Notes: generated by a model not told the origin, from the letters alone. A stretch of DNA of 64,000 bases from Gemmatimonas sp. (GCA_965279375.1 OZ257156.1:4928001-4992000), one strand, 5' to 3'; shown: positions 17,578-29,873, counted from the first letter of the stretch. Made by a program: numbers and translations.

Positions 17578-18789
17578 TTACTCCGGTTCGCCGGCGGAGC
17601 GACGCTTGAGCAGTTCGGCCTTGGCGATCGCCGCGCTGGCCGCAATCACCTGGCGTCCGACGCCAAGGCCGGCGACGACTTCCATCTGCTGCGCGGAGCG
17701 TCGTCCGACACGCACGGGGATCGCCTCGATGAAGAGCCCCTTGCCGCGCGATTCCGCCGCGATGACGATGGTATCTCCCTCCATCGATTGAATCGCCGAC
17801 GACGGAACGACCACCGCAGGCGTGCCACCCGCTCCCAGCACTTCGGCCTGCGCAAATGATTCAGCGCGACCGACGCGCTTGCCCGCCTTGGGCGTGGCCA
17901 ACACTTCGATCGTGCGCGTCAGGGTGTCCACCGTCGGCGCGACGCGGGTGACGGTGGCGTCGTGCGACTGCGTGGGATCGTCCGTGAGCGTAAACCGCAC
18001 CGCACTTCCCACCTGCACTCCCTGCGCCGCCGCTTCGCTCAAGCGCATCTGCAACAACAGCCGACTCGGATTGCCCACGGTGATCAGCGGAACACCGGGC
18101 AGCACCACCGTACCTTCCTGTGCCTCGCGCGAGATGACGACGCCGTCCGTCGGCGTGCGAATGAGCACGTCATGCGGATCGGTATCCTTGGGCACTGGTC
18201 CATCGCCGACGAGATGATCCACGAGCCCCTGCGCCCGCTCCTTCTCCGCGGCCGCCTGTTCGTACATCGCCTCGGCGGTGAGTCGTGCGGCGAGCGCGCG
18301 TTCGAGTTCGGCGCGCGACATTGCCTTGGCATCCACCAGTCGCTGTGCGCGTTCCGCCGCGGTACGGGCGAGCGCACGCTCCGCGTCGGCAGACGTCAGC
18401 ATCGACGACGCCCGCACGAGGACCGCGCGCGCGTCCATGATCTCGTGACTGTGAATCATCACCAGCACATCGCCCGCATGCACCACGTCGCCCACGCGCA
18501 CCATTACGCGCGTGATGCGCCCCTCCGTCACGGAACCGATGGTCTGCACGGCGGCGGGGTCGAGCATCAGCCGCGCGGGCACGGTGCTGGCGTTGCGCCA
18601 CGAGACCGTGCGCGAAGTGTCGAACGTGAAGCCACCGATCGCGACCGCGTCGGCGGAGAGCGTGGCGGTGTCGGGAAGCGGGTCAGTCTTCGCGGCCGGT
18701 GTCGGCGTTGCCGCATCGCCTTGACCGCAAGCGGCGGTGAACGCCAGCAGAGCCACGGCGGAGAGCGCAGAGAACGGTCGTGAGGTCAC
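17578..18789 (-). CDS. RND efflux membrane fusion (periplasmic adaptor) lipoprotein, CzcB-like
   Basis: GTG start overlapping the TolC stop (GTGA), lipobox TAAC, GRITRVMVRVGDVVHAGDVL, VDTLTRT. Confidence 0.9.
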   Translation of the reverse strand: MTSRPFSALSAVALLAFTAACGQGDAATPTPAAKTDPLPDTATLSADAVAIGGFTFDTSRTVSWRNASTVPARLMLDPAAVQTIGSVTEGRITRVMVRVGDVVHAGDVLVMIHSHEIMDARAVLVRASSMLTSADAERALARTAAERAQRLVDAKAMSRAELERALAARLTAEAMYEQAAAEKERAQGLVDHLVGDGPVPKDTDPHDVLIRTPTDGVVISREAQEGTVVLPGVPLITVGNPSRLLLQMRLSEAAAQGVQVGSAVRFTLTDDPTQSHDATVTRVAPTVDTLTRTIEVLATPKAGKRVGRAESFAQAEVLGAGGTPAVVVPSSAIQSMEGDTIVIAAESRGKGLFIEAIPVRVGRRSAQQMEVVAGLGVGRQVIAASAAIAKAELLKRRSAGEPE

Positions 18790-20102
18790 GGGGTGATCCG
18801 GATCGAGGAAAGCAGGGGAAGATCGAGCGGTCCATCGCCAGCGAGACGCGCACCAAGCGCGCGCTCGAGTTCCAGTCGGGTTAACCACGCGTCGGCGACC
18901 CAGCGCAGATGCGCATTCATTGCGTCGGCGGCGGCACGCTCCGCATCGAGCAACTCCAGCAGCGTTCCATGCCCCTCGCGGTACGCGGCACGCGCAATCG
19001 CCGACACCTCACGACCGCGTTCGGCGAACGTCTTGGCCTCCGCTGACAGCAGGCGCACGGCGTCATACGCGCTGAGCGCGGCGACCGCATCGGCCCGCAC
19101 GGCAAGTAGCGCGTCATCGCGGAGCGCACGCGCCTCAGCGAGTTCACCGCGAGCGCGCTGACGTGCGCCGTCGTTGCGATTGAAGATTGGAAATGGCATC
19201 GCGAGACCGATCTGTCCCGTCATGAAGCCACCGGTCTGCTTGCTGCCGCCTTGCAGCTGCCAATCGCCGAGCGCACCGCGACGTTCCGCGCCGAGTCGCG
19301 CTTCGGCCTCGCGAAAACCCGCCTCGCGTGCGGCGTATTCCGGCCGCGCAGCCACCGCCACACGGCGCGCTGCCGCGCTATCTGGAGGCGTGGGGAGTTC
19401 CGGAGCGTCCAGCGCCGAGAGTGCCGGCAGCTGCTCGTCCGGCAGGCCGATCGCGCGCGCCAGATCGGCGCGTGCTCGCGCGCGCTCGCCTTCGTAGCTT
19501 GCCGCGGTGGTGCGGGCGCGGTCGGCCTCCAAACGCGTACGCAACGCCACGCCAACGGCCACCACCCCTTCAAGCGCGCGCAGCGAGTCCACGTTCGCCA
19601 CCTCCGCGAGCGATGCGGCCTGCGTCTTCGCCACCTGCCACTGTCCCTCGCTCAGCGCCGCGCGTACCCAGGCGCGCGCGACCCGCAGTTCCGCCTCACG
19701 ACGCTCCGCCAGTCCGTCGGCGGAGACGCGCTGGCGTCCCTCGCCTCCCGCCCTGCGCAGCGCGAGCCGTCTTCCCGTCACGTCGAAGGGCAGGTAGACC
19801 GTGCCGAAGATGTCCGGCTGCAGCGAGCTGCCAAGGTTTTCTCGGCGATACTCGATGGTGGGATTGATGAACTGCGACGATTCGCGCACGCGGCCGATCC
19901 CCGCATCGCGGCGTGCGTCGGCGACGCGAAGCCCCGGCGCACTCGTGCGCGCAATATCGAGGGCACCGCTGAGAGTGAGCGACGCGGGCAGCGTGCGTGC
20001 GTCGACGCGGGCGACGGCCGCCTGGGCGAACGCCAGACTGGGCGCCAGCAGCGCGACCGGCACGAGCATGCGAGTCCGACACAACGAGGTGAATAAGAGC
20101 AT
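18786..20102 (-). CDS. TolC/CzcC-family outer membrane efflux protein
   Basis: Signal peptide, LAMPFPIFNRNDG, AYREGHGTLLELLDAER; first gene of the RND operon. Confidence 0.9.
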   Translation of the reverse strand: MLLFTSLCRTRMLVPVALLAPSLAFAQAAVARVDARTLPASLTLSGALDIARTSAPGLRVADARRDAGIGRVRESSQFINPTIEYRRENLGSSLQPDIFGTVYLPFDVTGRRLALRRAGGEGRQRVSADGLAERREAELRVARAWVRAALSEGQWQVAKTQAASLAEVANVDSLRALEGVVAVGVALRTRLEADRARTTAASYEGERARARADLARAIGLPDEQLPALSALDAPELPTPPDSAAARRVAVAARPEYAAREAGFREAEARLGAERRGALGDWQLQGGSKQTGGFMTGQIGLAMPFPIFNRNDGARQRARGELAEARALRDDALLAVRADAVAALSAYDAVRLLSAEAKTFAERGREVSAIARAAYREGHGTLLELLDAERAAADAMNAHLRWVADAWLTRLELERALGARLAGDGPLDLPLLSSIRITP

Positions 20103-20124
20103 GGGTCGAACGTAGCGTCGGTGG

Positions 20125-20140
20125 ATGAACGTTTCGTGAA
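20125..20140 (-). promoter_or_regulatory. Candidate OmpR-family direct repeat upstream of the efflux operon
   Basis: TTCAC-N6-TTCAT on the minus strand (11-bp period), about 25-40 nt before the TolC start. Confidence 0.35.
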
Positions 20141-20183
20141 TGGAACGGATGGACACGAATTGGTCCCTGAGAGCGATTTTCAT

Positions 20184-20210
20184 TCAAGAACGGTTCGCAT
20201 GCGGCCGAAG
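20184..20210 (+). promoter_or_regulatory. Sigma28 (FliA)-like promoter candidate
   Basis: TCAAG-N15-GCCGAAG, versus consensus TCAAG/TAAAG-N14-GCCGATA, upstream of a FliS-like gene. Confidence 0.45.
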
Positions 20211-20264
20211 TAAGGCAAAGCGACGTTCTTGCCAGCGCACTCGCACCACTCTCCGGATCTCCGC

Positions 20265-20612
20265 GTGCCAGCCTTTCCGACTCCTGTAGCCAGCTTTCCG
20301 GCCATTTCGTTCGACCGTCCCGCCTTGGATCCGCTGTGTCAGATCCTGCGCGCGTACGATCGCGCGATCGATGCCTGCGAGTCGTTCGATCATGTCGCGT
20401 CGCGCCGCGCGATTGGCCTCCTGCGGCGGTCGCTGGAGCTGGACACGCCCGAGGCGCGCACCTTCGATGCGTTATACCAGTGGTGCGAGGAAACCGTTGA
20501 CGCGCGCGATTTCATTCGCGCCGCGCGCTGCCTGCGTTCGCTGCGCGACGCCTGGCATCGGTCGGCGACGCCGCGGACGCCTACGCCGCGCGCAGACTGC
20601 CCCGTTTCATAG
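20265..20612 (+). CDS. FliS-like flagellin chaperone homolog (short form); start uncertain (TTG 20229 or GTG 20265)
   Basis: ILRAYDRAI...LRRSLELD...DALYQWC...LRSLRDAW parallels FliS LYDGAI...LxxSLD...LxxLYxY...LxELREAW. Confidence 0.6.
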   Translation: MPAFPTPVASFPAISFDRPALDPLCQILRAYDRAIDACESFDHVASRRAIGLLRRSLELDTPEARTFDALYQWCEETVDARDFIRAARCLRSLRDAWHRSATPRTPTPRADCPVS

Positions 20613-20645
20613 TCAGACGCGCCGTCAGACGCGCCGTCAGACGCG
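20612..20645. repeat. 12-bp tandem repeat x2.8 (GTCAGACGCGCC) containing the kinase stop codon
   Basis: Copies start at 20612, 20624 and 20636; the minus strand reads RRV*RRV*RRV*. Confidence 0.9.
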
Positions 20646-21986
20646 TCGCGGCAACGACAGCGTCATCAACGTTCCGCTCGAACGCGGAGCGTTGGTTGCC
20701 GTGAGCGTTCCCCCGTGCCGCTCTGCGATCCAGGCCGCGATGGACAGTCCGAGTCCGCTGCCGTCGCTCCGATAGGCGCGCGCCGCATCGCCACGAAAGA
20801 AACGGTCGAAGATGCGCGTGCGTTCCGCCACCGGAATGCCGATCCCGTCGTCCTCGACCTCCAGCACCACACGGTCACCGATCGGCTGCACCCGCAGATC
20901 GACCTGTCCACCGGGACGGCCGTAGCGCAGCGCATTGTCCAGCAAAATTCCGATCAGGCGGCCCATCAAGACGGGGTCAGCCAGTACCGGCGCCTCGTCG
21001 AGAATGCTGGACTCGAGCTGCATGCCGGCGCGCGTCGCGTCGCCTTGCCAGCGGCGCAGTTCATCCGCCGCAACGTCGTCCAGAAACATCGGCAGCTGCG
21101 CATGGGGATCGTTATCCTCGCCGGCATCGGCGCGCGCCAACTGCATCAGCTCATCCACCTGTCGCGACATTCGGATCAGGTCCTCATGCAGCTCCGTCAA
21201 GACGGGAGAGGACTCCGATGGCGTGAGCTGCGACACCTCGACACGTCCGCGCATGCGCGCCAACGGCGTGCGCAGTTCGTGCGCCGCGTCGGCCAGAAAG
21301 CGCTGCTGCTGCGAAAGCGCTCCGTCCAGCCGATCGAGGAGCGCATTGAAGCTGCGCCCCAGTCGTCCCAATTCGTCCGTGGGGTCATCCACGGGAAGTC
21401 GCGTACGACTGGCGGGCCCGATGCGTGCCGCAGCATCGGCCATCAATCCAACGGGCCGCAGCGCACGTCCAGTGAGCCACCACCCCGTGACGCTGGCGAG
21501 CAGCACCAGCCCCGGAATGCCGATCAGGAACCAGAAGTCGATGCGCGACTCGACCATGCGCAACGGCGCGGCGCTCGCGTCCACCTCGATCCACCACCCC
21601 GGCGCCGTGACCGGATCGAGCGGCAATCGCACCCGTCGCACCGGCTGGGTCAGCGGTGGCGGCACGCGATTGAGCGGCGAGCCGACCGAGCGAAAGAGCG
21701 TGCCGTCGGGACGCCGCACCTGGATGGAGCGCTCCTCGAACACCAGCTCAGACGCAATGTGCTCGAGGGTTCCTTCGATGGTCTGGTATTCTGCAATTTC
21801 GACCAGAAAGAACTGTCGCATCAGCTGCGCGGAGGCGCGCACCGAGGTCACGAACTCCTGCTCGAGCGCCCTCCGCACGGCGAGCCGCAGCGCACCGGCT
21901 GCACCGAGCAGCACGACCAGGAGTGTGGTCGCATACAACGCGGTCAGACGAAGCCGAATGCGCGGCCGTTGCGGCTCCGGTGTCAC
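20637..21986 (-). CDS. Sensor histidine kinase (HAMP, HisKA, HATPase), heavy-metal-sensor-like
   Basis: 2 TM, DELGRL HAMP, ADAAHELRTP, LLDNALRY, EDDGIG, GSGLGL. Confidence 0.95.
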   Translation of the reverse strand: MTPEPQRPRIRLRLTALYATTLLVVLLGAAGALRLAVRRALEQEFVTSVRASAQLMRQFFLVEIAEYQTIEGTLEHIASELVFEERSIQVRRPDGTLFRSVGSPLNRVPPPLTQPVRRVRLPLDPVTAPGWWIEVDASAAPLRMVESRIDFWFLIGIPGLVLLASVTGWWLTGRALRPVGLMADAAARIGPASRTRLPVDDPTDELGRLGRSFNALLDRLDGALSQQQRFLADAAHELRTPLARMRGRVEVSQLTPSESSPVLTELHEDLIRMSRQVDELMQLARADAGEDNDPHAQLPMFLDDVAADELRRWQGDATRAGMQLESSILDEAPVLADPVLMGRLIGILLDNALRYGRPGGQVDLRVQPIGDRVVLEVEDDGIGIPVAERTRIFDRFFRGDAARAYRSDGSGLGLSIAAWIAERHGGTLTATNAPRSSGTLMTLSLPRRV

Positions 21987-22669
21987 GAACGGTCAGGACC
22001 GGGCGCCGAAATGCGATAGCCCGCGCCGCGGATCGTCGAGAAGAGCGGCACCTCGTCGGGATGGTCAATCTTCTTGCGCAGCCGTGCGATGTACACGTCG
22101 ATCACGTTGCTGAACGGATCGTAGTTGTCGTCCCACGCGTGCTCGCTGATGTGCTCACGCGTGAGCACGCGGCCGCTATCGCGCATCAGCACCTCCAACA
22201 CCGCGAATTCCTTCGTGGTGAGCGTGATCACGCGCCCATTGCGGCGCGCTTCGCGGGTGGCAGGATCGAGTTCGAGATCGGCCACGCGCCAGACGGTGTT
22301 GGCGGCCACACTGGGGCGCCGCAGCAGTGCGCGCAGCCGCGCCACCAACTCGCCCAGCGCGTACGGCTTGACGAGATAGTCGTCGGCGCCGAGGTCGAGC
22401 CCTGCGATGCGATCGTCCACACTGTCGCGTGCGGTGGCCATGAGAATACGCGGCGCGGGTTCACGTGCGCGCAGGGCCTTGCATACCGTGAACCCATCTT
22501 CGTCCGGAAGTCGCAAGTCGAGAACGACTGCGTCGTAGGGGCTGACGGCGGCGAGCTGTCGCGCCATCTTCCCTGTCATCGCCGCATCAACGGCGAAGCC
22601 CGACGCGCGCAAGAACGCCGTTGCGCTTTCGCGCAACACTTCGTCGTCTTCCACAAGCAGGATGCGCAT
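21983..22669 (-). CDS. OmpR-family response regulator (CusR/CzcR-like)
   Basis: MRILLVEDD, LDLRLP, GADDYLVKPY, SNVIDVYIARLRKKID, TIRGAGY. Confidence 0.95.
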   Translation of the reverse strand: MRILLVEDDEVLRESATAFLRASGFAVDAAMTGKMARQLAAVSPYDAVVLDLRLPDEDGFTVCKALRAREPAPRILMATARDSVDDRIAGLDLGADDYLVKPYALGELVARLRALLRRPSVAANTVWRVADLELDPATREARRNGRVITLTTKEFAVLEVLMRDSGRVLTREHISEHAWDDNYDPFSNVIDVYIARLRKKIDHPDEVPLFSTIRGAGYRISAPGPDRS

Positions 22670-22697
22670 GCGGGAAAACTTACTCGACGTTGGACAT

Positions 22698-23822
22698 ATG
22701 GGACACGTGCCCACTGGCACTTCGAGACCGCGTATTGGCGTCGTCTTTGGCGGCGGCGCGTTGAAGGGATTGGCGCACGTTGGCGCGTTGCGTGCCATCG
22801 AAGAGGCAGGCTTCACACCAGCGTTGTTCGCCGGCTCGAGCATCGGCGCGATGATTGCCGCCGCCGCAGCGTCAGGATTGCGTTCCGCAGAACTCACGGA
22901 GCGCGCACTCACCTTCCGCCGACGCGACCTCTTTCGCATCAATCATCTCGGGATGCTGATGGAGCGCATGCTGTCTCGCTCCATCTATCTCGAATCGCCG
23001 CTGCGGGCGCTTTGTGATTCGCTGGTGATCGACGGCACGTTCGACGAGCTCGACGTGCCGCTGCTGGTCACGGCGCTCGATATCGAACGCGCGACGCCAC
23101 TGGTCTTCGGCCGCCCCGGTCTCACCCACGTGCGCGTGCGCGACGCCGTCTACGCATCCTGCGCGCTGCCGGGATTCTTTCCGCCCGGTGTCGTGGGTGG
23201 TCGCACGTGCATCGACGGTGGCACGACGGACAATCTGCCCGTCGCAATCGCCGCACTCGGCGTCGACGCACTCGTCGCCGTGGATGTCGGAATCGCCGAT
23301 GTGCCAGTGGACAACGCCGTGGCCACGCAGGGCTTCGCGTCCATCTTCATGCGGGCGGCCACCATGATGATGCATGAACAGCAGCAGCACGCCCTCGAAC
23401 GGTGGACCACGCCGCCCTTGCTCCTCGTGCGGCCGGCGGTCTCGCACGTTGGCTGGTTCAGCTTTGCTCATGTCGAGGAGCTCCTGCAGCTGGGCTACGA
23501 CGCGACACGCGAGGCGCTGCGCGACCTGCCGCGGCTCCTCGCCGCCAAGGGCGGGGTCTTTCCGCGTCGGCAGGTGGAAGTGACGGTAGACCGGGGGCGG
23601 TGCACCGGCTGCGCCCAGTGCGTCGTGCGGGCCCCGGCGATTCTGACGCTCGACAACGATGCCAAGGCGCGCCCGCTGGCCCCATCGTTCGAGTTCTCCC
23701 CGGCCGACGGCGCCTTTGTCAGGTGCTGCCCCGAAAACGCGATCCATGTCACGCCGGTGGCGATTGGCGGCGCAGCGGCCGATATTCAGGGTAGCCTCGT
23801 CGGTACCGGGGTCTCTCTGTAG
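22698..23822 (+). CDS. Patatin-like phospholipase fused to a C-terminal ferredoxin domain
   Basis: GGGALKG, GSSIG, ASCALPG, IDGG; C-terminal CTGCAQC...CCPENAI. Confidence 0.9.
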   Translation: MGHVPTGTSRPRIGVVFGGGALKGLAHVGALRAIEEAGFTPALFAGSSIGAMIAAAAASGLRSAELTERALTFRRRDLFRINHLGMLMERMLSRSIYLESPLRALCDSLVIDGTFDELDVPLLVTALDIERATPLVFGRPGLTHVRVRDAVYASCALPGFFPPGVVGGRTCIDGGTTDNLPVAIAALGVDALVAVDVGIADVPVDNAVATQGFASIFMRAATMMMHEQQQHALERWTTPPLLLVRPAVSHVGWFSFAHVEELLQLGYDATREALRDLPRLLAAKGGVFPRRQVEVTVDRGRCTGCAQCVVRAPAILTLDNDAKARPLAPSFEFSPADGAFVRCCPENAIHVTPVAIGGAAADIQGSLVGTGVSL

Positions 23823-23907
23823 ACAGATCCACGGCGCGATGAGTGGCTTCGTTCCGAACGCGCGCGACCACCCACGGGGTGCGTCACGCGCCGGACCCGT
23901 CCTCTCA

Positions 23908-26658
<2,751 letters not shown>

Positions 26659-26683
26659 GTGGCACATTCGCAGTGAGCAGAGA

Positions 26684-27574
26684 ATGAGTCCGGTTTCGGC
26701 CGGACCCATTCTGCTGCTGGTCAATCCCGCCGCCGGCCGCGGTTCTGCGGCCGCGCGTGCGGATGCCGTCGCACAGGCACTCGCTGTGGTGGGTGATGTG
26801 CAGCGAGAGAACACGCGCGGCCCCGGCGACGAAACACGGATCGCGCAGGACGCAGCCGCGATGCATGCGCGGGCGCTCGTCGTGGTGGGTGGCGACGGCT
26901 CCGTCAGTCGCGCCGCGCGCGGACTCGTCGACGCAAAGAGTCAGGTGCCGCTCGCGATCGTTGGCGCTGGTACCGGCAACGATTTCGCCAAATCCATCAA
27001 CGCCCCCTCGCACAATGTGCCCGCCTTGGTCGAGCGCCTGCGACTGCTGCAGACGCGGGCGGTGGATGTCGGCTTCGTGGACGACGTGCCGTTCGTGAAC
27101 GCCGCCGGATTCGGCTTCGACGTGCACGTGCTGGAGCGCATGCGTTCGCCTGGGCTGCTGCGCGGTACAGCGGCGTACGTGGGGACGGCCCTTCGGGCGC
27201 TCGTCGGATATCGCGGCTTTGGCGTGCGCCTCGCCGGTGACTCAGGGCCGCAGGAGCGTCTGATGCTCGTCTTTGCCAACGGCCGCTACTTTGGCGGCGC
27301 CTTCCACATCGCGCCTTCGGCCGACATCGACGACGGGCAATTGGATATGGTGGCCATCGCCGACGCACCGCCGCTCCGTCGGGTGTCTCTGTTCGCCAAG
27401 GCGGTACGTGGCACGCACCTGTCGGCGCCCGAGGTCCGATGGGAACGCGGCACCCGCTTCCCGCTCCACTTCGACGCGCCGCCGGCCTTCGAGGCGGATG
27501 GGGAACTCCATCAGGCCCAGAGCGATACAGTTACCATCTCGGTCCGTCCGGGAGCGCTGCAGGTGGTAACCTGA
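26684..27574 (+). CDS. Diacylglycerol kinase family (YegS/DagK-like) lipid kinase
   Basis: NPAAG, GGDGS, GTGNDFA, NGRYFGG, ADGE. Confidence 0.93.
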   Translation: MSPVSAGPILLLVNPAAGRGSAAARADAVAQALAVVGDVQRENTRGPGDETRIAQDAAAMHARALVVVGGDGSVSRAARGLVDAKSQVPLAIVGAGTGNDFAKSINAPSHNVPALVERLRLLQTRAVDVGFVDDVPFVNAAGFGFDVHVLERMRSPGLLRGTAAYVGTALRALVGYRGFGVRLAGDSGPQERLMLVFANGRYFGGAFHIAPSADIDDGQLDMVAIADAPPLRRVSLFAKAVRGTHLSAPEVRWERGTRFPLHFDAPPAFEADGELHQAQSDTVTISVRPGALQVVT

Positions 27575-27666
27575 GCGCCGCGCACGCATTATCGTCCTAC
27601 TATCTTCATCGGACCTCCGGGTCCGCCTACCCTGCGGCAGCTGCCGCGATCTCCGAGGAATCTCCG

Positions 27667-28242
27667 ATGTCCCTCCTGTCACGCTCTGCCTCGCGTGTGT
27701 TCGCCGCTGCGGCGTTCACCTTCGTCGCCTCGTCGTTTGCTGGCGCCCAAGCGGCGCCGGCCGGCCTCAAGGTCGGCGATGCTGCGCCCGACTTCACCGT
27801 CACCGCGGTGACCAGCGCTGGCGTCGATGCCAAGCCGTTCAAGCTCTCCGAGCACAAGGGCGAGACGATCATTCTGGCGTTCTTCCCGAAGGCGCGCACC
27901 AGCGGCTGCACCATGCAGATGCACGCCTATCGCGACAAGTACGCCGAGCTGTTCAAGAGCGGCAAGAAGGTCACCCTTGTGGGTGTGAGCACCGATGCGG
28001 ACACCGCGCTCATCTCGTGGGCCAAGGATGACAACATGCAGTTCCGCTTCGCCGCAGACGTCGACCGCAAGGTGGGCGTGGCGTACGGAGCCAGCGCCGG
28101 CACGGGCTTCCACAAGCGCCACCTGTACGTGATCGATCCCAAGGGCAAGATCGCCTACATCGCCACGCCGTTCCTCCAGGCGTCGGAAGAGGCGTACACC
28201 AACCTCGGCTCGGCCATCTCGCAGGCTGGCGGCTCGAAGTAA
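27667..28242 (+). CDS. Exported peroxiredoxin (AhpC/TSA, BCP-like, 1-Cys)
   Basis: Signal peptide, GDAAPDF, FFPKARTSGC (PxxxTxxC), R-x-LYVIDPKGKI; GAGGAA RBS. Confidence 0.88.
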   Translation: MSLLSRSASRVFAAAAFTFVASSFAGAQAAPAGLKVGDAAPDFTVTAVTSAGVDAKPFKLSEHKGETIILAFFPKARTSGCTMQMHAYRDKYAELFKSGKKVTLVGVSTDADTALISWAKDDNMQFRFAADVDRKVGVAYGASAGTGFHKRHLYVIDPKGKIAYIATPFLQASEEAYTNLGSAISQAGGSK

Positions 28243-28305
28243 GGCCGTCGCGCTTCGAAATTCGCGCATCGCGGTCTCGCCACGCTTTCACCAGCTCATT
28301 CGTCG

Positions 28306-29835
28306 ATGACCGCCGCACTGCAGGATCCCCGCGCCCTTCTCACCGCGCTGCACAGCGCGGCGGTGGAGGGCGCGGCGCCGTTTGCGCGCACCCGCGAAGC
28401 CGTGGCGCGCTGGTTAACCGCGCATCGCCGCGTCCTTCAGGGCGAAGGGCGCGTCCATCTCTTCGCGATGGGGAAGGCCTCGCTCGCCATGGCCGCGGGC
28501 GCCGTGCGGGCGATGCACGATCTCGAGCTCGATCCGCAACAGGGCGTCGTGGTGGCCGCTGCGGCTTCACCGTCGGAGCGCGACGCACTGCCGCGCAGCT
28601 ATGTCGTGGCGGTCGGTGACCACCCGGTGCCCGGCCCCGCGTCGCTGCACGCGGCCGATCTGATCGACACGGCGATTCTCGACGTGCGCGAAGGCGACGT
28701 GGCGCTGGTGTTGCTCTCGGGTGGTGCGACCTCGCTCACCGCGGCACCCGTGGCCGCGCTGTCGCTCGTCATCGGCGACGTGGACGATGCGCAGACGCAT
28801 CTCGCCAACCTCGCTGAAACGCTGCTCGAATCAGGGCTCGCGATCCACGAGATGAACGCGATCCGTCGGCGACTGTTGCGCTTTGGTGCGGGCAGACTCG
28901 CTGTGGCGCTCGCGGATCGTGGCGCGACGCACATCCCGGTCTTTGCCATTTCCGACGTGATCGGTGACGACCCGGCGGTGATTGGATCAGGCCCCTGCAC
29001 TCCGGACCCGTTCGACGACGCGACCTTTCTGGCGCTGCTCGACGCGCACGACCTGCGCAACACGTTGCAACGAGACACGGCGGTGTTTCTCGGTGTCGCG
29101 GGTGACGGCACGCCGCCCGTCGTGCCGTCAGCATCGCATGCGGCGTTCGCGCGCACCTCGTACGAACTCGTCGCGCGCAATCGCGACGCCGTCCAGGCGA
29201 TGGCTGATGCGGCTCGCCATGCCGGCATCACGCACGTCGTTGAAGAGTTCGAGCCGCTCGAGGGCGAAGCCGCGCCACTCGGCGATCGACTCGCCCGCTA
29301 CGCGGTGGCCCGCGCACGATTGCTGCCGCGCGGCGAGAGCGCGCTCATCGTGTTCGGGGGCGAGCCGGTGGTGAATCTGCGCGCGACCTACGAGCGCGCC
29401 TATGACGACGGGCTGGCAGAAGACGAGGACGACGAGCTCGCCGAAGTATTGGAGCTCACGCCACCGGCAGCGCTGAGCGGCGGCATTCGACGCGCCGACG
29501 AGCCGATGCGCGGTGGGCGCATGCAGGCGCTCGCTCTCGCCGCGTCGTTCGCGCTGGAAGAGGCGGCAGCCGCGGGCGAGCCGGAGGCGTGGCGCATCAC
29601 GCTGCTCGCCGCGGGCACCGACGGCCGCGACGGACCCACCGACGCCGCCGGCGCAATCGTCGACGCGATTACTCCGGCCGTTTCTCGTCGCGAAGGGCGT
29701 CGGCCCGAGCGCGATCTCGCGACAGGCAAGTCGTGGTTTCCGCTGGAAGCCGCCGATGCGCTGCTGCGAACCGGCCCCACGGGCACGAACGTCATGGACG
29801 TCGTGGCAGTGCTGGTGCGTGCGATCAGCCGCTAG
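28306..29835 (+). CDS. Glycerate 2-kinase family (DUF4147/MOFRL) protein with acidic insertion
   Basis: MGKA, HPVP, LLSGGA, SDVIGDDPAVIGSGP, GGE, GTDGRDGPTDAAGA, TGPTGTNVMD. Confidence 0.9.
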   Translation: MTAALQDPRALLTALHSAAVEGAAPFARTREAVARWLTAHRRVLQGEGRVHLFAMGKASLAMAAGAVRAMHDLELDPQQGVVVAAAASPSERDALPRSYVVAVGDHPVPGPASLHAADLIDTAILDVREGDVALVLLSGGATSLTAAPVAALSLVIGDVDDAQTHLANLAETLLESGLAIHEMNAIRRRLLRFGAGRLAVALADRGATHIPVFAISDVIGDDPAVIGSGPCTPDPFDDATFLALLDAHDLRNTLQRDTAVFLGVAGDGTPPVVPSASHAAFARTSYELVARNRDAVQAMADAARHAGITHVVEEFEPLEGEAAPLGDRLARYAVARARLLPRGESALIVFGGEPVVNLRATYERAYDDGLAEDEDDELAEVLELTPPAALSGGIRRADEPMRGGRMQALALAASFALEEAAAAGEPEAWRITLLAAGTDGRDGPTDAAGAIVDAITPAVSRREGRRPERDLATGKSWFPLEAADALLRTGPTGTNVMDVVAVLVRAISR

Positions 29836-29836
29836 C

Positions 29837-29862
29837 TGACGGCCATTGGCGACCGGCCGTCA
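29837..29862. terminator. Hairpin between convergent genes
   Basis: TGACGGCC ... GGCCGTCA, 8-bp stem. Confidence 0.4.
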
Positions 29863-29873
29863 GGCCGCGGCCT

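Noticed and set aside
27880..27915. Possible selenocysteine in the peroxiredoxin active site
   Set aside because: The codon is TGC (Cys); there is no in-frame TGA
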